Below are positions 38,124 to 47,588 of a DNA stretch of 64,000 bases, in pieces. Under the pieces are notes generated by a model. The model was not told where the DNA came from. It saw only the letters and a program-made list of their open reading frames with translations, and did not search any database. This DNA is from an uncultured Actinomycetota bacterium (GTDB lineage Bacteria > Actinomycetota > Actinomycetes > Propionibacteriales > Propionibacteriaceae), in the NCBI GenBank assembly GCA_963722295.1, contig CAVRLB010000001.1, positions 482,708 to 546,707 on the forward strand. Reading direction: 5' to 3'. The translations under genes and the position numbers were made by a program. Position 1 is the first letter of the stretch; every line of letters starts with the position of its first letter.

Positions 38124-40028
38124 ATGCATGACAAGTTCGGCAATCTGACCGGTTGGGATCTCGAGGGTTTCCACAGTGGTGGCGACACCGAGGCCTGGCG
38201 CAGGCTCGGCAGCCACGTGGTCACCGTGCACGACGACGAGCGCGGAGATCTGAGTGGCACCCGATTCGCTGTCTGGGCTCCCAATGCCCAGCGCGTCCAG
38301 GTGATGGGCGACTTCAACTGGTGGCAAGGCGACGACATGGAGCTGGTCCCCGGCACCGGAGTCTGGGCACTGTGGAAGGAAGGCGTCGGGGCAGGCGCCC
38401 AGTACAAGTACAAGATCCAGCACGCTGACGGCGCCTGGCAGGAGAAGGTCGACCCCTACGCCCGATTCGCGGACACGCCCCCGGGTAATGCGTCAATCGT
38501 CTGGGAGTCGGAGCACGAGTGGAGCGATGTCGAGCAGCAGTGGCTCGACAAGCGTTCACAGACCAACGTCTACGAGTCGCAGATGAGCATCTACGAGCTG
38601 CATCTGGGCAGCTGGCGCAAGGGCCTGAGCTACCTCGAGCTCGCCGAACAGCTCCCGCAATACGTCAAGTGGCAGGGCTACACGCATGTCGAGCTGATGC
38701 CCGTGATGGCTCACCCGTTCCCGGGCAGCTGGGGCTATCAGGTCACGGGCTACTTCGCCCCTGATGGCCGGCTTGGTACTCCGGACGATTTCCGTGTGTT
38801 GGTCGAGGCACTGCATGCCGAGGGCATCGGCGTGATCCTCGACTGGGTGCCGGGGCACTTCCCGAAGGACGACTGGGCCCTCGGCCGCTTCGACGGCACC
38901 GCACTGTACGAGCACGCCGATCCTCGGCAGGGCGAGCAGCCCGACTGGGGCACCTACGTCTTCAACTTCGGTCGCAACGAGGTCAAGAGCTTCCTGGTCT
39001 CCAATGCCTTGTACTGGGTGCATCAGTTCCACGCCGACGCGCTCCGTGTGGACGCGGTGGCCTCCATGCTCTATCTCGACTACTCGCGTAACGAGGGCGA
39101 GTGGGTGCCGAACGAGTACGGCGGCCGCGAGAACCTCGAGGCGATCGACCTGCTGCGCTATGTGAACAAGCATCTATACGCGCGCACTCCGGGCGTTGTG
39201 ATGATCGCCGAGGAGTCCACGAGCTTCGGCGGGGTCACCAAGCCGACGAACTGGGGTGGCCTGGGATTCGGGTTCAAATGGAACATGGGCTGGATGAACG
39301 ACTCCCTGCGCTATCTCGGCCTCGATCCGATCTATCGGCAGTATCATCACAACGACATGACCTTCGCGATGGTCTACGCGTACTCGGAGAACTTCATCCT
39401 GCCGATCAGCCACGACGAGGTCGTGCATGGCAAGGGATCGATGCTCAACAAGATTCCGCAGGACGATTGGCGCAAGTTCGCAACACTGCGGACCTTCTAC
39501 TCGTTCATGTGGAGCTTCCCCGGCAAGCAGCTGCTGTTCATGGGACAGGAGTTCGCGCAGCGTCCAGAATGGAACGAGGAGACCGGTCTGGAGTGGTGGG
39601 TGGATTCACTGCACGGCCACAACGGCGTCCGCCAACTCATTCGCGCCATGAACGAGCTGCAAGCCTCTCATCCGGCCTTGTACCAGCTGGACTGTGAGCC
39701 GGAAGGCTTCCGCTGGATCAATGCGGACGATGCCGCCCATAACACCTACAGCTTTGTACGGCTGGATCGCGATGGCGAGATGATCGCCTGCATCGCGAAC
39801 TTCTCGTCCGAACCGAATGACAACTACTCGATCGTCTTGCCTAAGGCCGGAACCTGGCGTGAGGTACTCAATACCGATGCGGCTGAGTTCGATGGCACCG
39901 GGCTGTATCACAACACAGAGCCGGTCGTCGCGACGATAGCCGGTGACAGCAGCAATCCCGGCTCGTGGGCCGGGGCAACCGTCGTGGTGCCGCCGGCCGC
40001 CGGCGTCTGGCTGCGCTATGAAGGCTGA
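38124..40028 (+). CDS. glgB: 1,4-alpha-glucan branching enzyme, short form (634 aa, lacking the extra N-terminal domain of ~730-aa GlgBs)
   Basis: GH13_9 motifs: DWVPGHF, LRVDAVASMLY, AEEST, SHDEVVHGK. Confidence 0.92.
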   Translation: MHDKFGNLTGWDLEGFHSGGDTEAWRRLGSHVVTVHDDERGDLSGTRFAVWAPNAQRVQVMGDFNWWQGDDMELVPGTGVWALWKEGVGAGAQYKYKIQHADGAWQEKVDPYARFADTPPGNASIVWESEHEWSDVEQQWLDKRSQTNVYESQMSIYELHLGSWRKGLSYLELAEQLPQYVKWQGYTHVELMPVMAHPFPGSWGYQVTGYFAPDGRLGTPDDFRVLVEALHAEGIGVILDWVPGHFPKDDWALGRFDGTALYEHADPRQGEQPDWGTYVFNFGRNEVKSFLVSNALYWVHQFHADALRVDAVASMLYLDYSRNEGEWVPNEYGGRENLEAIDLLRYVNKHLYARTPGVVMIAEESTSFGGVTKPTNWGGLGFGFKWNMGWMNDSLRYLGLDPIYRQYHHNDMTFAMVYAYSENFILPISHDEVVHGKGSMLNKIPQDDWRKFATLRTFYSFMWSFPGKQLLFMGQEFAQRPEWNEETGLEWWVDSLHGHNGVRQLIRAMNELQASHPALYQLDCEPEGFRWINADDAAHNTYSFVRLDRDGEMIACIANFSSEPNDNYSIVLPKAGTWREVLNTDAAEFDGTGLYHNTEPVVATIAGDSSNPGSWAGATVVVPPAAGVWLRYEG

Positions 40029-40039
40029 GGGTTGACCGC

Positions 40040-40819
40040 TTGAACGAGAAGTTCGAGATCACGCTCACCGTCAACGACGGCATCGGCGTGCTCGAATGGG
40101 CGGGCCAGACTGATCAAGCGACATTGGATCGCGCAGTCAGTCTGGCCGCCGACGACGCCTTGATCGGACGCGAGGTCGATCGCCTGGAGGTGCAGATACC
40201 CGCCGACGATCAGATGGCCATGCGGGCGTTGCATCGGGCACGCTTCCGTCGCGAGGGATGCCGCCGCAACGCGGTACGCAGACCAGACGGCGGCTGGCAG
40301 CACGTTTTCATCTATGCCCGGCTGGCCATCGATCAAGTCTACGGTCCCGACGGTTTCAGTGGCGTGATGAATACTGTGCTGCCCACGCACCGGCTGATCG
40401 GACACGTGCTCTTCCGCGACCAAGCCGGACGAATCCTGCTGGTCGAGACCACCTACAAGGACGACTGGGAACTGCCCGGTGGGGTCGTCGAACCCAACGA
40501 GACACCGCGGGCGGGCGCTGAGCGTGAGGTGCTCGAAGAACTCGGCATTGGGGTGCGGCTCGCTCAGCCGCTGGTGGTCGACTGGATGCCTCCCTACCTG
40601 GGCTGGGACGACGCAGTGGAGTTCATCTTCGATGGCGGCGTTCTCGACCAGGCCACCATCGACCAGATGGAGCTGCCCGAGACGGAGATCCGCGCCTTTC
40701 GCTGGGTCTTCGAAGACGAGATGGACGACCACATCTTCTCCCTGTCGTCCAGGCGGCTGCACCGGCTGCTGGCCGGGCCCACCACCATCTACACCGAGGA
40801 CGGCCGCGAGTTGCCGTGA
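40040..40819 (+). CDS. NUDIX hydrolase with N-terminal GNAT-like remnant, 259 aa
   Basis: Nudix box GGVVEPNETPRAGAEREVLEELGI. The N-terminal ~105 aa end in MRALHRARFRREGCRRNAVRRPDGGWQHVFIYARL, like the C-terminal half of RimJ/RimL-type acetyltransferases. TTG start. Confidence 0.75.
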   Translation: MNEKFEITLTVNDGIGVLEWAGQTDQATLDRAVSLAADDALIGREVDRLEVQIPADDQMAMRALHRARFRREGCRRNAVRRPDGGWQHVFIYARLAIDQVYGPDGFSGVMNTVLPTHRLIGHVLFRDQAGRILLVETTYKDDWELPGGVVEPNETPRAGAEREVLEELGIGVRLAQPLVVDWMPPYLGWDDAVEFIFDGGVLDQATIDQMELPETEIRAFRWVFEDEMDDHIFSLSSRRLHRLLAGPTTIYTEDGRELP

Positions 40820-40822
40820 CGG

Positions 40823-40955
40823 GCAGCGGCTACCGGAAGTAGCAGGGGCTACCGACCCGCACACTCTTCGACGCAGCGGCTACCGGAAGTAGCAGCGGCT
40901 ACCGACCCGCACACTCTTCGACGCAGCGGCTACCGGAAGTAGCAGCGGCTACCGA
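40823..40955. repeat. Tandem repeat, 50-bp unit x 2.66 copies
   Basis: Unit GCAGCGGCTACCGGAAGTAGCAGCGGCTACCGACCCGCACACTCTTCGAC at 40823, 40873 and 40923 (third copy truncated after 33 nt). One mismatch in copy 1. Each unit carries GCGGCTACCG twice. Starts 4 nt after the NUDIX stop. Confidence 0.9.
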
Positions 40956-41078
40956 AGCTCCGGCAGCCTTTGCGATTCTCGGCAGTCGCTGCCAAGACGA
41001 CCGGTTATTCTCGGTAGCCGCCGTGTTCGCCGAGGTCCAAACGCAGCGTCGACGCGTGCTGGCGAGCCCGGACGAAGC

Positions 41079-41990
41079 TCAGAACAGCGCCATCGACAAC
41101 GCCCGGCGGGCCTTCTTGACCACAGGGTCGGTCGGATCGGCCGTCTCGAAGAGTTCGACCAGCCGCGCGCGAACCCGCTCGCGGTCCTCCCCCGCGGTAC
41201 TTCGCACCAGATCGACCAGCCGACCGAATGCCCGTTCGGCGTTGCCGGTGATCAACTCCAGATCGGCAGCCGCGAATTGCAGGTCGAGATCGTCCGGGGC
41301 GGCGTCCGCTTTCGCGATCGTCTCGGGATCGACATCGGAGGTGCGCATCAACAACGCGGCCTGCGCACGTCCTGCCTGAGCCTCCGCATCACGGGGGTTG
41401 GCCTTCAGCAGCCGGTCGAACTCGTCCACGGCCTTCGCGAAGTCGCCCGCCTGAAGAGCCTCATCGGCAGCGGCGAAACGCGGATCAAGGGTCGGCTGGC
41501 CGTCGGTACCGGCTGCGGCTGCAGGCGATGATTGCGGCTGGGCGCGTCCGGACAAGCCGTTGGCCACCGCGATCTGAGCGACCTGGTCGAGCAACGCCGC
41601 GATATCCGCCTTGTCTCGGGTGCCCTGAAAGAGCGGCGCCAGCTGACCGCCGATGAGCGCAACCACGGTCGGCACCGCCTGCACACCGAGCGTCTGCGCG
41701 ATCCGCGGCTGGGTTGCGATATCGACGACACCCAGCAGCATGCGTCCAGCAAGCCCATTCACCAGGTCGCCAAGGTCGTTCACGACCTGCTTGCTGGCCC
41801 GGTCGTCGCCAGTGACGAAAGCCATGATGACCGGGTACTGCGTCGACTGCTGCGCGACGGACTCGAAGACCGACTCGGTCACCTCTATCACATAGCTGCC
41901 GCCAGCAGTGGCGGGCTGAGTGCCGGCCGAGGTGGCAAGGGAGGACAGATCAATGGCCCCGGGACGCGAAAAACTCTGATCAGCGTTCAT
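41079..41990 (-). CDS. Thioredoxin-fold plus TPR co-chaperone (YbbN/CnoX-like, no CxxC), 303 aa
   Basis: Trx-like N-domain without active-site cysteines (YPVIMAFVTGDDRAS...VPTVVALIGGQ), followed by a TPR-like C-domain. Confidence 0.7.
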   Translation of the reverse strand: MNADQSFSRPGAIDLSSLATSAGTQPATAGGSYVIEVTESVFESVAQQSTQYPVIMAFVTGDDRASKQVVNDLGDLVNGLAGRMLLGVVDIATQPRIAQTLGVQAVPTVVALIGGQLAPLFQGTRDKADIAALLDQVAQIAVANGLSGRAQPQSSPAAAAGTDGQPTLDPRFAAADEALQAGDFAKAVDEFDRLLKANPRDAEAQAGRAQAALLMRTSDVDPETIAKADAAPDDLDLQFAAADLELITGNAERAFGRLVDLVRSTAGEDRERVRARLVELFETADPTDPVVKKARRALSMALF

Positions 41991-42064
41991 GCGCCCATTC
42001 TTCCACCGTCGCCGAGTACCTAAGAACTATTACGAAACCGGCGCTCAGGCGGCAAGATAGAGCC

Positions 42065-43699
42065 ATGGCTCATCCACGCGCCGGCCAATTGGCCGATCCC
42101 TCCGACTTGATCAACGTCGATGAAGTACTCGGCGCCTACTATGACTTGGTGCCTGACCCCACAAATCCCGACCAGGCGGTCTCCTTTGGAACCTCCGGCC
42201 ACCGTGGGTCAAGCCTCGATACTGCATTCAACGAAGCGCATATCGCATCCATCACCCAAGCGATCATCGAGTACCGCGCCGGCCAGGGCACCACCGGTCC
42301 CCTGTTCATCGGCAAGGACACTCATGGTCTGTCGCTTCCGGCTTGGAAGACGGCCATCGAGGTGCTGGTCGCCAACGGCATCGAGGTGCTCGCCGAACGC
42401 GATGACGAATACACCCCGACCCCCGCCGTCTCCCGCGCCATCATCCGCTATAACCGCGAACACGCCGGTGGCCCGCAGTCCGATGGCATCGTGGTCACCC
42501 CATCCCACAATCCCCCGCGCGATGGCGGCTTCAAGTACAACCCGCCGAACGGCGGCCCGGCCGACACCGACGCGACCGGATGGATCGCCGATCGCGCCAA
42601 TCAGCTGATGGCCAACTACAAGACGATCTCCCGTGTTCCCTATGAGCAGGCCGCTGCCAAGGTCGTCCGCTATGACTACCGCACCCCGTACTGCACTGAA
42701 CTCGCCCAGGTTGTCGATATGGAGGCGATCAAGGCGTCCGGACTGCGCATCGGTGCCGATCCGATGGGCGGAGCGTCGGTGCAGTACTGGCAGTTCATCT
42801 CAGAGAACCTGCTGCCGAACCTGACGGTCGTCAACAACGTCGTCGATCCCACCTGGTACTTCATGACGCTCGACACCGACGGCAAGATCCGGATGGACTG
42901 CTCGTCGCCGAACGCGATGGCTTCCCTGGTGGCCAACCGCAACGCGTACGATCTGTCGACCGGCAACGATGCGGATTCCGACCGGCACGGCATCGTCACC
43001 CCGGATGCGGGCCTGATGAACCCGAACCACTATCTGGCAGTGGCGATTCAGTACCTCTTCGGCAATCGGCCGGGTTGGCCTGCCACCACCGCGATCGGCA
43101 AGACCCTGGTCTCCAGTTCCATGATCGACAACGTCGCCCAGCTGCTCGGACGCACGCTGGTCGAGGTGCCGGTGGGGTTCAAGTGGTTCGTCCCCGGATT
43201 GATCTCGGGCGACCTCGGCTTCGGGGGCGAAGAGTCCGCGGGAGCGTCCTTCCTCGAATTCGACGGTTCGACCTGGACGACCGACAAGGACGGCCTGATC
43301 CTCGACCTGCTGGCCAGCGAGATCACCGCGAAGACCGGGTTGACCCCGTCGCAGCATTACAACAAGCTCGTCGACCAGTTCGGTACCTACTTCTATGCCC
43401 GCATCGACGCCGAGGCGAACCGTGAGCAGAAGGCGCGCCTCAAGGCGTTGGCGCCCGAAGATATCAAGGCCGCAGAGCTCGCCGGAGATCCGATCACCCA
43501 CGTCTACTCGCATGCGCCGGGCAATGACGCTGCCATCGGCGGCATCAAAGTCACCACCGACGCCGGGTGGTTCGCCGCTCGTCCCTCGGGCACCGAGGAC
43601 AAGTACAAGATCTACGCCGAGAGCTACCGCAGTGCGGAGCATCTGGCAGCGATGCAGGATGCGGCCAAGCAGGTCGTTTCCGAAGCTCTGGACGCCTGA
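42065..43699 (+). CDS. pgm: Phosphoglucomutase, alpha-D-glucose phosphate-specific, 544 aa
   Basis: FGTSGHRGSS; active-site TPSHNPPRDGGFKYN; GADPMGG; GEESAG. Confidence 0.92.
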   Translation: MAHPRAGQLADPSDLINVDEVLGAYYDLVPDPTNPDQAVSFGTSGHRGSSLDTAFNEAHIASITQAIIEYRAGQGTTGPLFIGKDTHGLSLPAWKTAIEVLVANGIEVLAERDDEYTPTPAVSRAIIRYNREHAGGPQSDGIVVTPSHNPPRDGGFKYNPPNGGPADTDATGWIADRANQLMANYKTISRVPYEQAAAKVVRYDYRTPYCTELAQVVDMEAIKASGLRIGADPMGGASVQYWQFISENLLPNLTVVNNVVDPTWYFMTLDTDGKIRMDCSSPNAMASLVANRNAYDLSTGNDADSDRHGIVTPDAGLMNPNHYLAVAIQYLFGNRPGWPATTAIGKTLVSSSMIDNVAQLLGRTLVEVPVGFKWFVPGLISGDLGFGGEESAGASFLEFDGSTWTTDKDGLILDLLASEITAKTGLTPSQHYNKLVDQFGTYFYARIDAEANREQKARLKALAPEDIKAAELAGDPITHVYSHAPGNDAAIGGIKVTTDAGWFAARPSGTEDKYKIYAESYRSAEHLAAMQDAAKQVVSEALDA

Positions 43700-43752
43700 T
43701 CGGAGCCCAACCCTCACGTTTCGTCGACAATCCACTATGAAAGGATCAACGC

Positions 43753-44196
43753 ATGGAAAACTCTGATCTGTTCGTATGTATCGATCACGTCGCATATGTC
43801 AGCCCCGACAACGAAGAGGCCGTGAAGTACTACACCGAGGTCTTCGGATGGCACGAAATTCACCGCGAAATCAATGATGAGCAGGGTGTCTTCGAGATCA
43901 TGATGGCCCCGGCCGCTGAGTTGACCGAGCACATGACCCAGATCCAGCTCATTCAGCCGACCCGCCCGGATGCCACCACTGCGAAGTGGCTGGAGAAGAA
44001 CCGCCCCGGTCTGCACCATATGGCGTGGCGCGTTGCGGACATGGAGACCGCGGCGGCCACCTTGCGCGAGCGCGGCGTCAAGCTGCTCTACGACGAGCCC
44101 CGCATCGGTACCGGTGGCTCCAAGATCAACTTCATTCACCCGAAGTCGGGCAAGGGTGTGCTGATCGAGATCGTGCAACCCGGTACCGGTCACTGA
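43753..44196 (+). CDS. mce: Methylmalonyl-CoA epimerase, 147 aa
   Basis: DLFVCIDHVAYVSPD...FGWHEIHREINDEQGVFEIMMAPAAELTEHMTQIQL...GLHHMAWRV...LYDEPRIGTGGSKINFIHPKSGKGVLIE tracks the Propionibacterium epimerase as I remember it. Confidence 0.9.
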   Translation: MENSDLFVCIDHVAYVSPDNEEAVKYYTEVFGWHEIHREINDEQGVFEIMMAPAAELTEHMTQIQLIQPTRPDATTAKWLEKNRPGLHHMAWRVADMETAAATLRERGVKLLYDEPRIGTGGSKINFIHPKSGKGVLIEIVQPGTGH

Positions 44197-44224
44197 AGCT
44201 GATCGGTTTCAGTCAGTCAACCCA

Positions 44225-44254
44225 CTGTGGGGTGTCCGTTAGGGCACCCCACAG
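44225..44254 (+). terminator. Hairpin after mce (candidate intrinsic terminator)
   Basis: CTGTGGGGTG-tccgttaggg-CACCCCACAG followed by CTGTTGTTG; 29 nt after the stop. Confidence 0.55.
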
Positions 44255-44294
44255 CTGTTGTTGCTAACCTCGGATGGGACGTGAGGAGTTCGCG

Positions 44295-45731
44295 ATGACC
44301 GATACCGCTGGCGAGGAATACACCGAAGACACCGGCCTCAATCTTTTCGATGACAGGGCCAGCGCCGCTGGTAGTTTCCCGCATGCGATGCTGGGATACG
44401 ACAGACCAACGGTTGACAACTATGTTCGCGACATTGAGCAGCAGGTTTCCACGCTGCGTCAACTCACCCGCCACCTGCGTGCGGAACTCGCACTGGCACA
44501 GCGGGAACACGGCGACACCGATTTCACCCGGCTGGGTTCGCATGCCACCCAGATGCTGCGGGCGGCCGAAGCACAGGCCTCCGATCTGATCAGCAGGGCA
44601 GCCTCCGAGGCAGAGCGCATCAAGGAAGAGGGACACCGCGTAGCGTCCGATCTGCGTGCCGCCGCACAGACCGAGGCCGACGACATTCGGGTCGAGACCC
44701 TTGGCAATCTGCGTACCATGCGCGAGCAGTTGGACGCCGAGATCACCCAGGCGCGCGCGGCAACCCAGCGCGACTGCGATGCACTCGTGGACGCTGCCAA
44801 GACCCAGGCCCAGGGGCTGATCGACGAGGCCTCGCACAACAGCACGCTGGCCACCTCGCAAGCGACGACAGCCGCGCGACAGCTGGCCGAGCAGGCCGCA
44901 CGGGACGCTGAACAGGCACGTGGTGCGGCCAAGGTCCAGGCCGATGAACTGTTTTCCACCTCTAAGGCCGAGGCCGACAACGTGCTTCGCAGCGCGCGGA
45001 CCCAGGCCGAAGAACTGCTGCGCGGCACGCGGGCCGAGGCCGACGAGATCAAGCAGAAGACCCACGCGCAGGCGCAAGCCCAGATCAAGTCGGCCAACGC
45101 TGAGGCCAAGCAGGTTGCCGAGAAAGTCGCCGCTTTGATGGCGGACGCCAATGAGCAGCACGCGAAGGCGACGGACGCCGTGGCCGAGGCCGGCGGTCAG
45201 GCCAGCAAGATCCGTTCGGACGCCATGTCTGCGGCCGAGGACTTGCGGGCGAAGGCGGCGGCCGAGACAGAGAGCCAGGTGGCTGCGTCCCATCGGCAGG
45301 CGACCATGATGAAGGATCGGCTCGAAGAGCAGTTCGCCTGGCGCAAGGAGCAGTTGGAACGCGAGGTGGCGATCCTGCTACAGCGCAAGGACTCGATTAT
45401 CGCCCAGATGTCCAACCTCCAGCAGATGGCGTTGGAAGCGACCTCCGATTACCCCAACACCGATCCGTTCACCGCCCCGGCGGCCGACGCGGCTCAGTCA
45501 GGGGCTGCGGATCCCAACCGGCAGTGGCTTTCCGGATCGACCCAGCAGGGCGTGGCTCAGCCAAACGAGCCGACAACGGTGATCCGCAGCGATCCGAACG
45601 CCGCGCCGACCGCGGTGATCCCGCAGGCTACCCACGACCGGGCGACTTCCACAGATGCAGATGCGAACTCAACGGCGGTCATCCCGGCCGACGATGGCAC
45701 CGAGCACACCAAGGTCATCCACCAGGACTGA
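44295..45731 (+). CDS. DivIVA-domain coiled-coil protein, 478 aa
   Basis: ATG 44295 with SD GAGGAG 6 nt upstream. N-terminal FPHAMLGYDRPTVDNYVRDIEQQV (DivIVA motif), then about 300 aa of A/E/Q/R-rich coiled coil and a Pro/Thr-rich tail. Confidence 0.7.
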   Translation: MTDTAGEEYTEDTGLNLFDDRASAAGSFPHAMLGYDRPTVDNYVRDIEQQVSTLRQLTRHLRAELALAQREHGDTDFTRLGSHATQMLRAAEAQASDLISRAASEAERIKEEGHRVASDLRAAAQTEADDIRVETLGNLRTMREQLDAEITQARAATQRDCDALVDAAKTQAQGLIDEASHNSTLATSQATTAARQLAEQAARDAEQARGAAKVQADELFSTSKAEADNVLRSARTQAEELLRGTRAEADEIKQKTHAQAQAQIKSANAEAKQVAEKVAALMADANEQHAKATDAVAEAGGQASKIRSDAMSAAEDLRAKAAAETESQVAASHRQATMMKDRLEEQFAWRKEQLEREVAILLQRKDSIIAQMSNLQQMALEATSDYPNTDPFTAPAADAAQSGAADPNRQWLSGSTQQGVAQPNEPTTVIRSDPNAAPTAVIPQATHDRATSTDADANSTAVIPADDGTEHTKVIHQD

Positions 45732-45742
45732 ACCGAGGGCGC

Positions 45743-45778
45743 GCGGAGGATCGGCCCTTAGAAGAGCCGATCCTCCGC
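45743..45778. terminator. 13-bp perfect hairpin between convergent genes; right arm lies inside the last codons of nucS
   Basis: GCGGAGGATCGGC-ccttagaaga-GCCGATCCTCCGC. The loop contains the nucS stop codon. Confidence 0.6.
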
Positions 45779-46471
45779 GTGATCCAGGCCGCGCAACGCA
45801 TCGTAATCGACCACCACACAGGAGATGCCCCGGTCGGTCGCAACCGTACGGGCCTGAGGTTTGATCTGCTGAGCGGCGAAGACGCCGCGAACCTCGCCCA
45901 GCAGCGGGTCGCGGTTCATCAGCTCAAGATAGCGGGTCAGCTGCTCGACGCCGTCGATCTCGCCACGCCGCTTCACCTCGACCGCGACATAGCAGCCGAG
46001 TTCGTCACGGCACAGCAGGTCGACCGGGCCGATCGCGGTCATGTACTCGCGCTGCACCACGCTCCAGCCGTCACCGAAAGCCGCAGGGTTTTCCGCGAGC
46101 AACGCTTGCAGATGGGCCTCCACGCCGTCCTTGCGTAGCCCAGGATCAACGCCGAGCTCGGTCGTGAAGTCGAGTTCGATCTCGCCCAGGCTGACCTGCA
46201 AGAAGTCGCCGCTCTTGGCGCGGATCGTCCATACCTCGCGTATCCGCGGATCGACATCGGCAGTCGTCGCGCTCAGCTCGGCCTGATCTGCGGGCGTGAC
46301 GGTCATCGTGCATGGCGGGCTCATCCAGTTCAATGGCTTGTACGCGCGATCATCGGCATGCACCGAGACCGATCCGTCCGCTTTCACCATGATCAATCTG
46401 CGCGCCATCGGCAGATGAGCCGTCAATCTGCCGCCATAGTCCACTTGGCATTCCCCGATCACCACACGCAC
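45758..46471 (-). CDS. nucS: Endonuclease NucS (mismatch-specific), 237 aa
   Basis: From GTG 46471: (M)[49 protein letters not shown]...[18 protein letters not shown]. The listed 337-aa ORF carries a spurious 100-codon extension. Confidence 0.88.
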   Translation of the reverse strand: MRVVIGECQVDYGGRLTAHLPMARRLIMVKADGSVSVHADDRAYKPLNWMSPPCTMTVTPADQAELSATTADVDPRIREVWTIRAKSGDFLQVSLGEIELDFTTELGVDPGLRKDGVEAHLQALLAENPAAFGDGWSVVQREYMTAIGPVDLLCRDELGCYVAVEVKRRGEIDGVEQLTRYLELMNRDPLLGEVRGVFAAQQIKPQARTVATDRGISCVVVDYDALRGLDHAEDRLF

Positions 46472-46570
46472 GGCGTCCACCGTACCCCAAGCCGCTCCCG
46501 GCGCACGCGGTAAGGTGATCGGGTGGCCAAACGTCCCAGCAAGCACACGCGTCCGCCTCGTCCGCTGCGT

Positions 46571-46798
46571 ATGGACCACTTCAACACCTCGGCCAGCAAG
46601 ACAGACGGACGATGGGTGGTGCGCCAGGTTCGCGCCGAGAACGCCACCAAGACCTATATCTGTCCCGAATGCGAGAACCCGATCCAGCCGGGTACCCCGC
46701 ACATCGTCGCCTGGCCGCATACTCCCCCACTCGGTTCGACCTCTGGCGTCGACTACCGCCGACACTTCCACAGCTATTGCTGGCAGCGCAGGAGATGA
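46571..46798 (+). CDS. Small conserved zinc-ribbon-like protein adjacent to nucS, 75 aa
   Basis: From ATG 46571: ...[24 protein letters not shown]...RRHFHSYCW. Divergent from nucS. Family name not recalled. Confidence 0.55.
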   Translation: MDHFNTSASKTDGRWVVRQVRAENATKTYICPECENPIQPGTPHIVAWPHTPPLGSTSGVDYRRHFHSYCWQRRR

Positions 46799-46799
46799 G

Positions 46800-47588
46800 A
46801 TGACACGACTGCACGCGATCGAAATCGGTCACGGGCCCACCCGGTTGGTCTTCTTGCATGGGGTCTTCGGCCAGGGCAAGAACTTCGGAAATGTCGCCAA
46901 GCTGCTCGCAGACCAGGCCACCAGCGTCCTGCTCGACTTGCCCAACCACGGACGTTCGCCGTGGACGGATCGCTTTGACCTCGATCTCTTCGCCGACCTG
47001 GTCGCCGGCGAATTGCGGGCACGCGACACGCAAGCCGAGCCGGTTACGCTTATCGGACATTCGATGGGCGGGAAGGTCGCCATGCGACTCGCCCTTCGCC
47101 ATCCCGGTTTACTCAATCGACTCGTGGTGGCCGATATGTCGCCGGTGGCCCGTGGCGACGACGGCGAGTTCCAGCACCTGGTCGACTCATTGCTCCGCAT
47201 CGACCTTGATCGCATCACCACCCGCAAGCAAGCGGACGAGGCACTGTCCGCCGATGTGCACGATGCCGCAGTCCGCGCGTTCCTGCTGCAGAATCTGCAC
47301 CGCACCCCAACCGGCGACGGCTGGCGGTGGCTGGCCAATCTGGGCCTGCTGCAGGCGTCCATCGACAAGCTCGTGGGCTGGCCGCCGATCAGCGGCCGGT
47401 GGCATGGCCCGGTGCTGTGGCTACGCGGAGCGAACTCCCTGCACGTTCAACCCGCCGACGAGCCGATCATGCGGAGCTATTTTCCCGCCGTCCAGCTCAT
47501 CACCATTCCGGAGGCCGGGCACTGGATCCACGCCGACCAACCGCAGGCCGTCGCCTCGGCCATCGCCGAGTTCATCAGCCGAGGCTGA
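46800..47588 (+). CDS. Alpha/beta-fold hydrolase, 262 aa
   Basis: From ATG 46800 (1 nt after the preceding stop): [14 protein letters not shown], nucleophile elbow GHSMGG, C-terminal GHWIHADQP. Confidence 0.8.
   Translation: MTRLHAIEIGHGPTRLVFLHGVFGQGKNFGNVAKLLADQATSVLLDLPNHGRSPWTDRFDLDLFADLVAGELRARDTQAEPVTLIGHSMGGKVAMRLALRHPGLLNRLVVADMSPVARGDDGEFQHLVDSLLRIDLDRITTRKQADEALSADVHDAAVRAFLLQNLHRTPTGDGWRWLANLGLLQASIDKLVGWPPISGRWHGPVLWLRGANSLHVQPADEPIMRSYFPAVQLITIPEAGHWIHADQPQAVASAIAEFISRG

Noticed and set aside
36168-38423. 751-aa minus-strand ORF
   Set aside because: It lies antisense to glgE and the start of glgB, both with clear GH13 motifs. The translation is Arg/Gly/Val/Asp-rich noise.
40823-40955. 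Tandem repeats as a CRISPR array
   Set aside because: The units are contiguous with no unique spacers, there are only 2.66 copies, and no cas genes are present.
44217-45293. 358-aa minus-strand ORF
   Set aside because: It lies antisense to the DivIVA-domain gene, which has a good SD and a recognisable N-terminal motif. The shadow translation is Leu/Gly/Arg repeats mirroring the coiled-coil codons.
45758-46771. Long N-terminal extensions of listed ORFs (nucS 337 aa; likewise prfA 60975..62249, atpB 56713..57594, atpD, hisI, thioredoxin, PadR, fucD and the PduO ORF 48113..48991)
   Set aside because: The extensions overlap neighbouring genes or intergenic regulatory sites and have no family counterpart. 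Internal starts have SD sequences, ATGA/GTGA coupling or match family N-termini.
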